A program made the translations under genes and the position numbers. A stretch of DNA of 63,732 nucleotides, counting the filler, from Octopus bimaculoides (lineage: Eukaryota), in assembly GCF_001194135.2 (NCBI RefSeq). It is 5 parts of 5 records of this genome, joined end to end, with 100 filler letters (N's around TTAATTAATTAA, not from the genome) between each part and the next. Parts side by side here need not be neighbours in the genome. Positions count along the whole stretch, not along the records: positions 11,868 to 31,467 come from NC_068993.1; positions 31,568 to 52,507 come from NC_069009.1; 3 more parts are not named here. One strand, given 5' to 3'. Below, piece after piece: positions 21,001 to 33,539 of this stretch (its first letter is position 1; every line of letters begins with the position of its first letter). The notes under the pieces were generated by a model that searched no databases, was not told the origin of the DNA, and saw nothing but the letters and a program-made list of their open reading frames with translations.

Positions 21001-21807
21001 GATGTCGTAAAGTCAGCTATTTTGTTGATGCATAATAAACAGCCGTTGTTTCAGTTTCAAATCTTTTGCGGTCGGATTGATATTGATTGCGTTATTTACT
21101 AACCTTATTTACAATGTCAAGTAATAGTGTCTTGAGTGTTTCTAATCTAAGTTAAGCCTAATGATAATGCTTTATGCGGAAGAACCCATCTAATCTTTAT
21201 TTGTTTCTGATTTCTGGAATATTAATATCAGCATGATTACGGAAGAAGCGTTGTCTTCCACCAGAAATTTTGCTTTTAAACACGTTTTTGTTTGAATTGC
21301 TTGTTCTAGCATTGCAGTAAACAGTCACAAAATCTTCACGCAACATAAAAGCCAAGACCAAAAAGAAACAAAAACAAAAAAGAAAAAAATTATACATTTT
21401 ATACATATTTGCATTATGCTTGTATAATTATATGCAGAAGAACAACGTTAGTTATAACTACAAATTGTGTCATTTATTTAAACAAACAAGCAAAAAAAAA
21501 AACCCGGACAAAGTCAAGAGCCTTGACTATCAGAATATAATTACATTTATACACACTTCCATGCTCATACAGATACACTATCTAGTTCACTTGCATATTA
21601 TCAAAATACTACTAGAGTTTAATTAGGTGCGGATATCTACATATCAAAAAATATGCGGCTAGTACTACTTAAAATTAGTTCTTTAGAAATTGTGTGAAAT
21701 ATGGGAGTGTGCAAGAGTATAATTATACAGTAGAGCTTAATGAACTTGCCCTCGACTTTTTATTCCCATATGACTTTCTAAACTTTAAAAAAAAAAATAT
21801 TTATGCC

Positions 21808-22240
21808 AGGACGGCGAGCTGGCAGAATCGTCAGCAAAATGCTGAGCGGCATTTCGTCCGTCTGTACGTTCTGACTTCAAATTCTGTCGAAATCGACTTT
21901 GCTTTCAACCTTCGGGGTCAATAAAATAAGCACTATTTCAAGGCTGGGGGTCGATATAATCGACATACCCCCTCTTGCGAAATTGCTGGCTTTGTGCCAA
22001 AATGTGAAACCAGTATTATGCAAAGATAAGACAGCGAGCTGGCAGAAACATTAGCACGCCAGGCAAAATGCTGAGCGGCTTTTCGTCCGTCATTACGTTT
22101 GAGTTCGAATTCCGTCGAGATCCACTTTGCCTTTCATCTTTTCGGGATCGATAAAATAGGTATCAGTTGAATACTGGGATTGATGTAAGCAACTTACTCC
22201 CTCCTCCGAAATTGCTGTCCTGCCAAAATTTGAAATCAAT
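21808..22240 (+). mobile_element. Two head-to-tail SINE family 2 copies (tail B)
   Basis: GGCGAGCTGGCAGAA heads at about 21812 and 22034. Confidence 0.85.
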
Positions 22241-22894
22241 GTTTAGTCAAAGATGATAACCAAATTTTTAAGAACTGTATAGTGGTTATTCAGTACTTTT
22301 CTGATATTTTTTATTATACTATAAATACGAATACATAGAAAAAAAATTTACCTAATTCTGTAATTTTTAAAACTGAGGAAAATTGTCTATGAAAGGATAT
22401 TACTAATTCTATTTTCTGAGAAAATAGTCACTGTATGTCGCCTTCCGCGACTTTTCTCGCGACACAATGTACACTATTTGTGGACCACGAAAGAATGAAA
22501 AACAATGTTTGTCTTGGTAGGATTTGAACTCAAAGCGCAGAGAGCCAGAATAAATACTACAGTGTATTATATCCGACGATTTAAGATCATTTAACGATTC
22601 CTTGGTAGGTATAGGGAATAAATAACAGTGTGTTTCCAGAGTTTGACCACTTCTCATAGGGACAAAATAAATGTACATTTGTAGTATTTGACTTGTTACT
22701 GTATACATACATACATACATACATGCATGCATGCATACATACATACGTAACGTATTGGTGTAGGCATGGTTCGTGGGGAAAAAGTTTACTTCGCAATTGT
22801 GTAGTTTAGGTTTAGGCCCGTGCAGCACCTTGGACAGGCGCCTTCTACTAAGGCCTTGTGCTGGTCAGTGTGTAAGCGCAAGCCCTTCTTCGAT

Positions 22895-23780
22895 GGGGAT
22901 CTGATCCACTTGGGTCAATCAAAAGCTTTCGATAATGTCGACCACTACTTCAATGATAGCTTCAACGTACGACGATGACTGCTCAATGGTCAGATTAAAC
23001 AGCCAACTTTCGGAAACATTTCGAATTACGTTCTCCGTCTATCAAGAGTCCTCTCTTATTGGTTTTGTGTTTGTTGGTTCATGCACTATTGTTATGGGGC
23101 ATAGAAGGGCTGAAAACCCCCATCAAGTTCGATCGCGACAAAGGCCATGATGGTGTTCGAGATCACGAAATCATTTGTAAATGGAGTATCACACGAAAGA
23201 AGAAAAGTCGGCTTTTGGATAGACGAATCCACAGTTGACGGGTGGTCTGTTTAAAAAATCTGGGGTCTGGGTTGGATCAAACCTCCAGGTGTATAAGGGA
23301 CTGCAAAAAGTTACCATTATGCTAAATAGCCCCACTCAGAAATGAGCAGAAATTAAACTATTCTAGAACGGCCAAGCAGAGGTGAAGGATGCCGACATCA
23401 AAGTTTCTTTCCACTACCAGACTGTTGTGCCTTTTGCTTTTTGTAGAAGAGACGGATTTCACTGACCAGAAGCTCTCTCAGCCCATCTACGGCCAGTACT
23501 TTTTTCTTAACTTCCAAGGTATGCGTGTATGGTGAAATATATGCATGCGCTGGACAGCGATTAATTGCGGTTATTTTTTTTATCAGTTATGTTTTCTCAC
23601 TGCTCTTCTCTTCGACGGAGCTGTAGTTCTGTGTCAAGCGAATCTCAAGACAGGCACCTGGAATGTTGTCAAGTGCTCACAGTTTTCAACCAGTCAAGCA
23701 ATGTATTTGGTGGTACGGCAGCTCTTACATTTTATAGACAATTAGAAGTGGGCAAGAACTGTCTACAAAACTCTTAACTA
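22895..23780 (+). mobile_element. Decayed Tx1-like LINE RT fragment
   Basis: LIHLGQSKAFDNVDH, VRLNSQLSETFRITFSVYQESSL (QGxPLS-like), LGVWVGSNLQ; many stops and frameshifts. Confidence 0.6.
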
Positions 23781-24519
23781 TGGTATCATACATACGGTCA
23801 GCGGTTCAGTTTTATATTTTTTTCTATTATTATTCAATTTTACAATATTTTGTTAAATATATTTCGTCAGCATGTGTTCAGAGTCAGAGTCCACCAAAAA
23901 TTGTAGTTAGCACCCATTCTGATTAGTCAAATCAGTGCAATTTAGGAAATGTCTTTATCTCATAAGAAAAGTAATTTATGAATCTATATAGCAAAATACG
24001 TGACATATTTCCCCTTTATTTCATACATACACGCCGAGCCAAACAGAACTAGAATTTCTTGTCAAATTTACGCACTTGTTCGTCTGAAAGGACTCTAATT
24101 GATATGATCGATATTAAAAATGTTTGCAGCTAAAACTGCCCAAGCAGCTGAAAGACATCTTTTACGATAAAATCAATCAAATTTTGTTAATGTATCCGCT
24201 GTGGATATTAGCGATTTTCTGGAATTATGCAACGGTCCCGAATAAGAAATATATGAAAATGGGCTATCGTAGTTCATAATTAACGAGGTGAAATGCTCTG
24301 CTAAAAAAAATGTGTTTTATAACTTGTCAATGATATTGTTTTCTGTAAAGATAATCTTATTTTTACAAATTCATTTGAATAAATTTTTATAATTATTTCT
24401 ACCAGAAGTAGTAGAGAATCACCAACAAGTGGTGGATGCAGTGACACACTGTTACAGCGCATGCCCCACCCCATACTGCTACTACTACTACTTAACCATA
24501 CTATACCAAATCAAAGAAA

Positions 24520-26335
24520 AGTCTATACTTAATTTTAGAATATTGTAATAAAAAAAATTATCAGATTTTTTTTGTTTTTGTCGAGTTGGAGAGTAAACTG
24601 ATCTGTTTAATTTGCAGCAAAGTTTTCTCTTGCTAAAGATACAATATGTGACTTGTTACGAGAATTAATTTAACAATTACAGCGACAAGATTCACAAAAA
24701 CAAAAAAAAAAGAGTTGCTAAACTACACAGTCAGAAAAATCAGCAGCCAGTTTTTAAATACTTATATTGAAACGAAAAAAAAAGCGAAAAGAGAAGCAAG
24801 CAAGAAAGAAAATCCTTCTACAGCTGAAGCGAGTCATATGATTACAAATTAAATATTCATTTCGTCAAAGTCCTTTCAGAAAGCGAATCTGTTAGAAAAT
24901 TAAATTCATGATCACGGTTTCAGAGTTGGATTGACCTGAAAACCGGCAATTATTTTCAGATATATCAATGTCAAACAACTTTATTGCTGACTGTATTATG
25001 AATGTCTTTGAAAACTTAAGAAAGTCAATTCTTTTCCTGCAATTTTCATTGCCATTGATAAAAGCACCGACATTACCAATGAGGCACAGTACTGTATTGT
25101 TTGTTATTATTTTTTTAATGATGTTGATGAAGATATGTTGATGAAGATATGTTGATGAAGAGTTTGCGGAATTTTATTGGTAAATCGTCATAAAGGAGAT
25201 ATATATTCCAAGCTTTGGTTATCGCTTTACATAAATTAAACATAAACTGGAAACAGATTGTGAGTTTGACCACAGATGGCGTTCCGCAAATAGTAGAGAG
25301 TGATTTAGATGTAATGTCCAGATTAAAATCAGAATTACAGGCTTTAAATAACAATCACTATCTCTATTATGTTCATTGCATTATACATCACGAAATGTTA
25401 TGTTTTAGAGCTCTCAAAGTGGACTAAATCATTGCTATCGAGTAACATCAGTTCATTTTATATATGCACGTAGCTTCAAACACGAATAATTTGATAACTT
25501 TTCGAAGTGGTTCGATATTCCATTTGAAATACCTTATCACTGTGATATTGCTGGCTAAGGAAGGACATTGAATCAAAAATTGTTTGATGAACTAAATACT
25601 TCTTGAAAAAACGGGCCTTAATTTGACGATACCGAATGGTATCGTCAGATTAAGGTTTTATGGTTGACATTGCGATTAATTTGAATGATCTGGATCTAAA
25701 AATACAAGGAAACACTAAGTTAGCAACTGAACTTTCCGGCATTGAAACATTTGAAATCAAGTTTGAACTTTCGATCAATCAAGTATCAGTTTCAAGTTTT
25801 GGCACAAGACCAGCGATCTAGCAGAAGGGTAAGTCGATTCGATCACGGTGCTAATTTTATCGACCCCCGAAAGGATGAAAGGCAAAGTTGACTTCGACAA
25901 CATTTGCACTGAGAACGTAAAGACGGACAAAATGCCGCAAAGCATTTTGCCCGACATGCTGTTTCAGAAAGCTCACTGCTTTCGAACCAGTAAAATATCG
26001 AAAAGGAATTTATTTCACTTCGTGACTTTGAAATCGTGTGGCTCTTCTCCCAATTACGAAATAATATTCAATAAAAATAGAACTTTTTAAAATCTGATCT
26101 AAGAAGAAACTTTCAAAACAAACAAGAAAAAAAAAGGGTGGGAATTGTTAGATATACAAGAAATTAATATAAAAATTCTCAAATGTAAACATGAAAGAAT
26201 TTTATCAGTATTTGGGAGATGAATATCCTGAATTCAAACTATTTGCTGCAAGAATAATGTCCATGTTGCTAAAATTCATATGCTCAAGTGCATTCTCTGG
26301 AATGCACTTGAATAAAAATATTCATCGAATTCCAC
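24520..26335 (+). mobile_element. Decayed hAT-Charlie (SPIN/GTF2IRD2-like) transposase
   Basis: FVELESKLICLICSK, FSLAIDKSTDITNEAQ, SLTTDGVP, HCIIHHEMLC, EFYQYLGDEYPEFKLFAARIMSM...FSGM (C-terminal dimerisation domain). Interrupted by a SINE2 at 25795-25965. Confidence 0.85.
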
Positions 26336-26339
26336 CGCT

Positions 26340-27640
26340 ACTCCTGGGGTATCAAATCCCCCTCCACACATTATTCAGCTTGTATTTCTCTCTGTCGATC
26401 AGAATGGCCTTTATACTCTCTGAATACTTGTCTGTTGGCAGTTTTACCCTTATAATGGATTTAAATTTCGTGATTTTCCGTTCTGTTTCCTTGTTTTTCG
26501 CATATGTCACAAAATTCCATCGATTTTGGGGCTTTCTTACTTGCTTTCCCTTTTCCTGCTCCAGTGTTGGTACCATTTCTCTTCCCACTCTGAATAACTC
26601 CTCTATTTCACCTTCGTATAATTGTTCTCCTGAGTCCTCCTCCTCTACTGGTACAATCCTTGTTTTTGCTGCTGTCTCGTCCTTCTGCAACTCCTCTACG
26701 CGCTCTTTGTCAACCACCATTTTATCTTCCTTCCGTCTGACTTCCTTCATAATCTCTCCCTATACCGTTTCTTTCTTCCTTTTTTGCCTCTCTGGCGGAG
26801 AGCTTACTCTATCGCTCTCTTTCTCTTTTTTTTACCAGCGGAAATCCTTCATCCGTTCTTGTCTCCTTTACCTCGACTTGTACCTCTTGGTCTGCACTCT
26901 GTTGCTTCTCCAACTGTTCTATCTGTTGTTCTCTCTGGGGGCACCTCGCTTTCGTGTGGTCTTTTTCTCCACATTCAAGGCAATATGGGCAGCCTACCCT
27001 CTACTACCACACGCAGTCTTATGGCCTCAGAAAGAACTATTTCTTCCGAGATTCGATTGAGGTCATCTATACTCGCTTGAATGGTCCATTCTGAGCCATA
27101 TCCCCAATGGTTCACTCTTTCTGTTCTTGAGAATCTTGGACCGTTCTTCATATTGTACATAATGGCTACCATCAGCCATGTTTCTTTTATCTCAGGCGGC
27201 ACTTTACCAACCCTTACTCTGGCAACACGTTTGTCACAGTAGGAAGGCAAAAGCACCCATTCCTCTGTCCTTATGGCTTCCGTGGAGTGCTTAATCGCTT
27301 CCTCGTCCGTAGCGAAACGCACCCCCACAGTGCAATACTTTCTCTCTCGGATAATAAATGTTGTCAACCTTTTTATTCCTTTCAAACATTCCTCGATAGC
27401 CTCGATTGTTGCTATTTCGATCCTTTTGCTTGCTACATTCAGTGTTTTATAAAATACTGTCCTTTTGTTTACATTACTTGTGAGCTCTACAGGTGGTGTT
27501 AGTCTCAATGTTTTTCCTTCCGTTTTTCACATTCTTTTGTTCCACTTCTACTTCTTGTACTTCCATCGCGTCGACTTTCACACCGTTACCGGTTGCAGCC
27601 ACATAGCTGTGGAATCCTGTTGGCGCCTTCTCTATTTTCT
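26340..27640 (-). mobile_element. Tx1-like LINE 5' region: ORF1 with a CCHC zinc knuckle
   Basis: LRLTPPVE...VVVEGRLP/(frameshift)YCLECGEKDHTKARCP, followed by a charged C-terminus; stop at 26352. Confidence 0.7.
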
Positions 27641-28426
27641 ACAATGGGAAAAAAAACAACAATTCAAAGATAACAACAATCAGTAGTTTCAACGATAACA
27701 ATTAATAACCTTGGAGGAGAGACATTTAACAAATATTCAACAAGTGACTCACAAATAACACGAAAAACCAACTCCGATACGAATAACTCAGACTGCCTTC
27801 TGCGTACTCTGATACTTCACGTACTTCCCTTTACTTATAGTGACTACCTTATTCCATTTGTCACGTGGGAGGAGTGTACCATTATTACTAATTCCCTACA
27901 ACATCTCCCTTTTTACGGTTTTTAGGGAAGTGTCATTTTATTTAGCAATAATTTTTTTTATTCGTCCCACCTCCCTTTTTTGTGGTTTTTGCAGAGTGGG
28001 TGTGGAAAGTGCCGGGAAATTTTCTGTGTAGTGACTGAATAGTGGACAGACTTCAGTTAAACCATTTTTAGTCTTTTACTTGTGTCTGTCATTTACTGCA
28101 GCCATACTGGAGCGCCGCTTTGAAGGGTTTAGTCAAACAAATCGACTCCATACTTACCTTTGTAAGTCTGGTACTTTTCATTCAACCAGTTTCTTTTCCC
28201 GAACCGCAAAGTCACTCAGGTACAAAGCGAGATTCTTCTTAGCCACGCAATAATGTTCGCAACAAATGTTTTCGAGTTCCTCTTGGGGAGGATGAGCATT
28301 CGTAAGTATTTTGTTCGCATTAAACAGTTGTGATTTTACCCCCAATACTCACTTGGCTCTTATTTTCTCATGGATTATGTATTACTTAAGCGATCTTATT
28401 TCATGTGTAATAATTTTTTCTACTCT

Positions 28427-28582
28427 AGGCACAAGCCCTGAAATTTTGGTGGGAAGGGGACCAGGGTGCTTAATTTATCGACCCCGAAAAGATAAAAGGC
28501 AAAGTCGACCTCGGCGGAACTTGAACTCAGAACGCTAAGCATTTCTTCCAGCGCGCTGACGATTCTGCCTGCTCGCCGCCTT
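28427..28582 (-). mobile_element. SINE family 2, internally deleted
   Basis: AAAGGCAAAGTCGACCTCGGCGGAACTTGAACTCAGAACG. Confidence 0.8.
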
Positions 28583-29399
28583 ATCTTATGTGTAATAATC
28601 GCATGTAAGCTTTAAAATTAATCTCAAATGTATTTATTGGGATAGTTTTCATTTGGCCCGTTTCTTTTGTTTTGTCTAAAATATACAGTGTTTCTTTATT
28701 GTCCCTGTGTATTTTCTGTGTAATAACAACAATCACATATCAATCATAAAATAAGTGTTGTTGTTATTATTTTTGTTGTTGCTCGGAAGGCTTGCTTCTA
28801 TTGCGTTCTTTCACTACCGAATACAGCTCTGTGTGCTTTGGGCAATGCATCGTGGGTTGTTTTACATTTGTTGTTTTGACTGTATCGAAAGTCACTGTGC
28901 AACATGTATTTCATGCCTAGAAGTACTCTTTTCTATATGGTGTACATATTGTAAGTCCTTGGGGGGAGGGGTTCTGGGTTATGTATTTGTCTGCCTGTTT
29001 CTTCAATAATTTCCAAGATATCACAGAGATTGTTTTTGTTTTCTGAAGATACGTTCTCTAATGCTAGATTTTTATTTTTGGATAATTGAGAGTTACTTTA
29101 TTTGTAAAGTATTGTGGAAAAGTTCCGACCACCTTTCAAATGACTAAAAGGTGGTCTGTCTTGTACTGTCCCCTCTGTGTTATGGCCTAAATGCCAAATA
29201 AAGAATAATCGTGCTGGTAGCAATTTTCTGTTAAATCTTTTTGATTCCTGTGGACGTAAGTCGTATTGTTGTATATTTGTTGAAGGTCTCCCTGTACGGG
29301 TGAACCTATGATTTGTGGAATTGTTGAATTACCGTTGCTGTATTTTTTTTTTTTTTTTTTTTTGCCTACGGGTTGTAATTTTGTATTTGTTTTCTTCCC

Positions 29400-29715
29400 C
29401 ATTCATGGGTGAAGTGGAGAAGGACAGAAGGAGGGAGTGCGAACGAGTACCAGCACGGGATGGCAGTTATGCGTCGGCCACTGACAGACTTAGCTGCCGA
29501 CGCTTTGGAGGTTCGAGAGGTGAAAGTTGAACCAAAGAAGTTGAAGGAGTGCAACAAGTTAATTAAGAGGGAAGGAACTAGTTTGAGACTGACCCCATCA
29601 GAAGAGACAACGAGCAGCGTTGCAAAACGGACAGTGATTTATAGAACACTCTCCACATCATCAAAGAAGATAGAAATTGCTACAATAGAAGATATCGAGG
29701 AGTGTCTTTAAGAAA
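29400..29715 (+). mobile_element. Second Tx1-like ORF1 N-terminal fragment
   Basis: LRLTPSEETTSSVAKRTVIYRTLSTSSKKIEIATIEDIEECL is paralogous to the 27508-27380 translation. Confidence 0.75.
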
Positions 29716-31257
29716 TAGATCCCTATATCCTACCCTCTCAACCAGTGAAGATTTGATAGTTTATGTATGTATTCACGTTCTGCCTTTCCTTAAATAAATC
29801 TAATGTTTAATATTTTCTGTTTGAAATATATGCAGCGAGCCTAATCTCGATTAATACAACAATTACACCAAACACTACAATATACACCAATTACTTTTTG
29901 AATTTCTCAACCTCACAAATACACTTCGAAATATCAAGCGAAATTTTTTGAAGAATCGAAAACAGGATTTCTGAACTACTCAATATGGTTTGAAAAACTA
30001 CAAAAAAATCTTCTGGGATTGCAAGGAATCCCCCTGTCTCTGCAAATTCAGAAGCACTCCAATCATCTGGATTTTGTAATATGGTTGAAAATAGCTTATG
30101 AAACAAAGTAATTTTGTTTGACAAAATGAATACTTGTCGAGATGAAAAATTCCAATTCAGGTAACAATTTCATCCAGTTGGGGTTATTCAAGCCGTCGAC
30201 TTTGAGAGAGAGCGTGTGTGGAATGTATATGGGTATATGGTCTCTTTATGTGTGTAAGTGTGTATGTGTGTGCAGGTGGGGGTTGTGAGTAGCGTGTTTG
30301 CTTATTAGGGGGTGTTGTATGGGATGATAGCGTATGTGAGGGTGTGTGTTCCGTTTATGGGAGTGTGTGTAAGAGATAATGAATCAATCAGGTTAGTAGC
30401 ATGACCTAGCAATAGACGAATGTTGGGCCGAGTACCTTGGCAATATGCGTGTCGCTGTGTGCGTACGTGCGTGTCTGTGAGACGAGGAAGTATATAATTA
30501 TTACATGTTTGCATCGCCGCTGAGTTACCACGACTTCACGATTTTAGGAGACGGATATCTCTTCTATAACATAGAAGGAAAAGAAAAAAGGAAAGAGAAA
30601 AGAGAAATACTACTGGCAACTGCACGCTCCAGTTACTTCGCGCTGAAAATTAGAAATCGTTTAAAATAGAAAGAGGCAGGACAAGAGGTAGTAGAGAGAA
30701 TCGTCATGGTTTATAACCTAAATTATTTCGTTGTGTCTGGGGAGAGTTATTTTCTTTTTTGTGCAATTATAATTTAACACACCCACCAGTAAAATTTCCA
30801 CTTATTTTTATTTTCCTAAAATGTTCGTTGCATCTTGCAACCTTTTCAATAGTGTCCACCCTGTTTGCTTTGTCACAAGTTTTTGTATCCTATTCCATTC
30901 TTTGTTTCTATATCTAGGGCAGGTACCACNNNNNNNNNNTCTGATCATATCCAGAGAACTGTATGCGGTGCATGAAGTTCTGTATATGTTTTTTTCGTTT
31001 CATATGGTTCGCATAGTGGAGACACATTGTTTGTTTCAAAGGAAGGTTATCAGATACCACAAAAATGTTATAAGTTTACTGCTAATCTTTCGATATTGAT
31101 ATACGACGTCATTCACCCACACCTTCTGAATTTTTCTGCTTGGCAGTCAGTTTTCAATTTCTATTCCAGTTGATTTCATATTAGGTGTAATGCTAATAAT
31201 TAACATGAAATTCATTTTCACCATAAATCATAACATAAAGAGTTAATAGCGTGTGTA

Positions 31258-31685
31258 CTCTTTCTCTTACTCTTTTACATGTTTCAGTCATTTAACTGTG
31301 GCCATGCTGGAGCACCGCCTTTAGTCGAGCAAATCGACCCCAGGACTTATTCTTTGGAAGCCTAGTACTTCCGAACCGCTAAGTTACGGGGACGTAAACA
31401 CACCACCATCGGTTGTCAAGCAATGATGGGGAGACAATCACAGACACGCACGCACACACACACACACNNNNNNNNNNNNNNNNNNNNNNNNNNNNNNNNN
31501 NNNNNNNNNNNTTAATTAATTAANNNNNNNNNNNNNNNNNNNNNNNNNNNNNNNNNNNNNNNNNNNNCACTTCAACATTTAAATTTAATATATATACTAC
31601 AGGCTTCTTTCAGTTTCCGTCTACCAAATCCACTCACAAGGCTTTGGTCGGCCCGAGGTTATAGTAGAAGACACTTGCAAAGGCA
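31258..31685 (-). mobile_element. SINE family 1 pieces flanking a gap
   Basis: Tail at 31258-31450 and body at 31600-31685. Confidence 0.8.
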
Positions 31686-31713
31686 AAAATAATAATAATA
31701 ATAATAATAATAA

Positions 31714-32245
31714 GAGGATGCAGTACCAGACAGTGGCTCTCGTGACTTCTGATCTTAACTGATTGGAAGTGTTATCACGTACATTCTGTCTTTGGTGTAA
31801 AAGATGGGCTACGGCAAATATTCTGCTCAATACAACAGATTTGCTTGTCAGTTGTTTGACTTTAACCAGTTGAGCATGTCCCTTGGTGGCTGACAACTAT
31901 GTGCATCTCTGATCAGGAGCAGAAGTAGTGGGGGAGCATCATAGCCATGTGTTGAGAGGAATTCTTTGGGGTTTGAATAATTCACCTTTGGAAACATGGG
32001 TGTTTCATTCAATATCCTTAAACAACCCTTATTCCAGACCTTTTGAGTGGGATGGCCTACTCGACCTGAAGAAAATTCCATCTGGGTCCCCCCTGCGAGG
32101 TCATGTGCTATTTATCTTGATATGAGATCGCCATGTTGTGCACATATGGTTGTGATGCATGTGCCTGGTGTACTCTTATCAGATGGGTGGTCATGGTGGG
32201 TATACTGAGTTTTGTGTATTTACCCCAATGTCACTTTGATGGCAT
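31714..32245 (-). mobile_element. ~530-bp non-coding interspersed repeat of unknown class inserted in (AAT)n
   Basis: A second, partial copy at 39884-40005(+) shares CATGCATCACAACCATATGTGC.C.ACATGG.GATCTCATATCAAGAT; both copies adjoin AAT/ATT runs. Confidence 0.7.
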
Positions 32246-32789
32246 TCAAAAATATACTGAATAATAATAATAATGAGTTCAAATTTTGGCACAAGGCCAG
32301 CAATTTGAGGGGAGGGGGTAAATCAATTNNNNNNNNNNCCCCCCCCCACCCCCCGTGCTCAACTGATACTTATTTCATCGACCCCAAAAGGATGAAAGGC
32401 AACGTCACCCTCAACCACATTTGAACCCATAATGTAAAGACAGACAGTTTAATGTAAAATTTCACATTGGCTCTTTCTTCCAACTTCCTGTCCATGACAA
32501 AAATCGCAGACTACAGCATATGCATGATCACAAAAACACAAATTCCACAACTTGTGAAGTAAACGCAGTGGTGTCACTCAACACACTGCCTCATGAAGGT
32601 CACTGCTAGCTCTCACTGTGCATGCAACCATGTGCTGCCATCTGTTGATGTGCTACAGAACTAGTCCAGGACCTTTTTGATATCACTTCATTCATTCATA
32701 CCTACCTACCTACTTACCTACCTACTACCTACCTATCTACATACCTACCTACCTACATGCATACATACATACATACCTACATACATACA

Positions 32790-33510
32790 TACATATGTAG
32801 GAAAGAGAAAGAGAAATTCGTACATAACAAGTGCAATCTTTGAGTGGAACAGTAAAAATATGCAAGACTTTTCTCAAGTTCCAAATGAGAATTTGTCTGT
32901 GTTAACTACATCCCAAAGATGGAGCCTTGTATCTTTGTTGGAAACCAGCTCCCTCCAAAGTGTAAGATTTATAATAATCAAAAAATAGAAGCGACATACA
33001 TACATACATCTTCTGTGTGTAAATGCCTAAGTGACAATCAGGATAGCCTAAGATTTTCAGAAAAAGAAATCAACCAACTAACTTGCACATTATAAATACA
33101 ATCAGTAAGTGGAAGAATAAAGATATGCAAAACTTTTCTCAAGTTCAAAATGTGATATTGTTTTTGCTGTCTACGTACCAACAATGACGTTTTCTATTTT
33201 TGCTAGAAACCAGCTCCTTTTTCAAAGAAAGAATTTAAACAATTAAAACAAAAGAGAACATACGTACGTACATACATACATACATCTTTGTTAGTAAATT
33301 CTTGAGTGACAATCTAGATAAGCAAGGTTTTCAGGAAAAGAAATCAACCAACCAACTCGCACATTACAAATACAATCTGTAAGTGGAAGAATAAAAATAT
33401 GTAAGACTTTCCTCATGCTGAAAATATGACATTGTTTTTGTTCTCTACATCCTAGACGATGTAGTTTTGTATTTTTGTCAGAAACCAGCTCCTTCCCCGT
33501 AATTTAAAAC
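32790..33510 (+). repeat. Diverged ~270-bp tandem repeat, about 2.7 units
   Basis: GAAACCAGCTCC recurs at 32941, 33206 and 33481; other blocks are colinear. Confidence 0.85.
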
Positions 33511-33539
33511 TAAAGCGAACTTACATGCATATGGCTCTT

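Noticed and set aside
24050-24330. Possible piggyBac transposase remnant (FTHLF...LIDMI...DFLEL)
   Set aside because: Similarity is too weak and fragmented to support without an HMM search.
26191-27060. 289-aa plus-strand ORF
   Set aside because: Only the first ~45 codons are hAT C-terminus; the rest is the antisense shadow of the Tx1-like ORF1.
29891-30124. 77-aa minus-strand ORF as a host exon
   Set aside because: No recognisable domain or convincing splice signals; compatible with chance.
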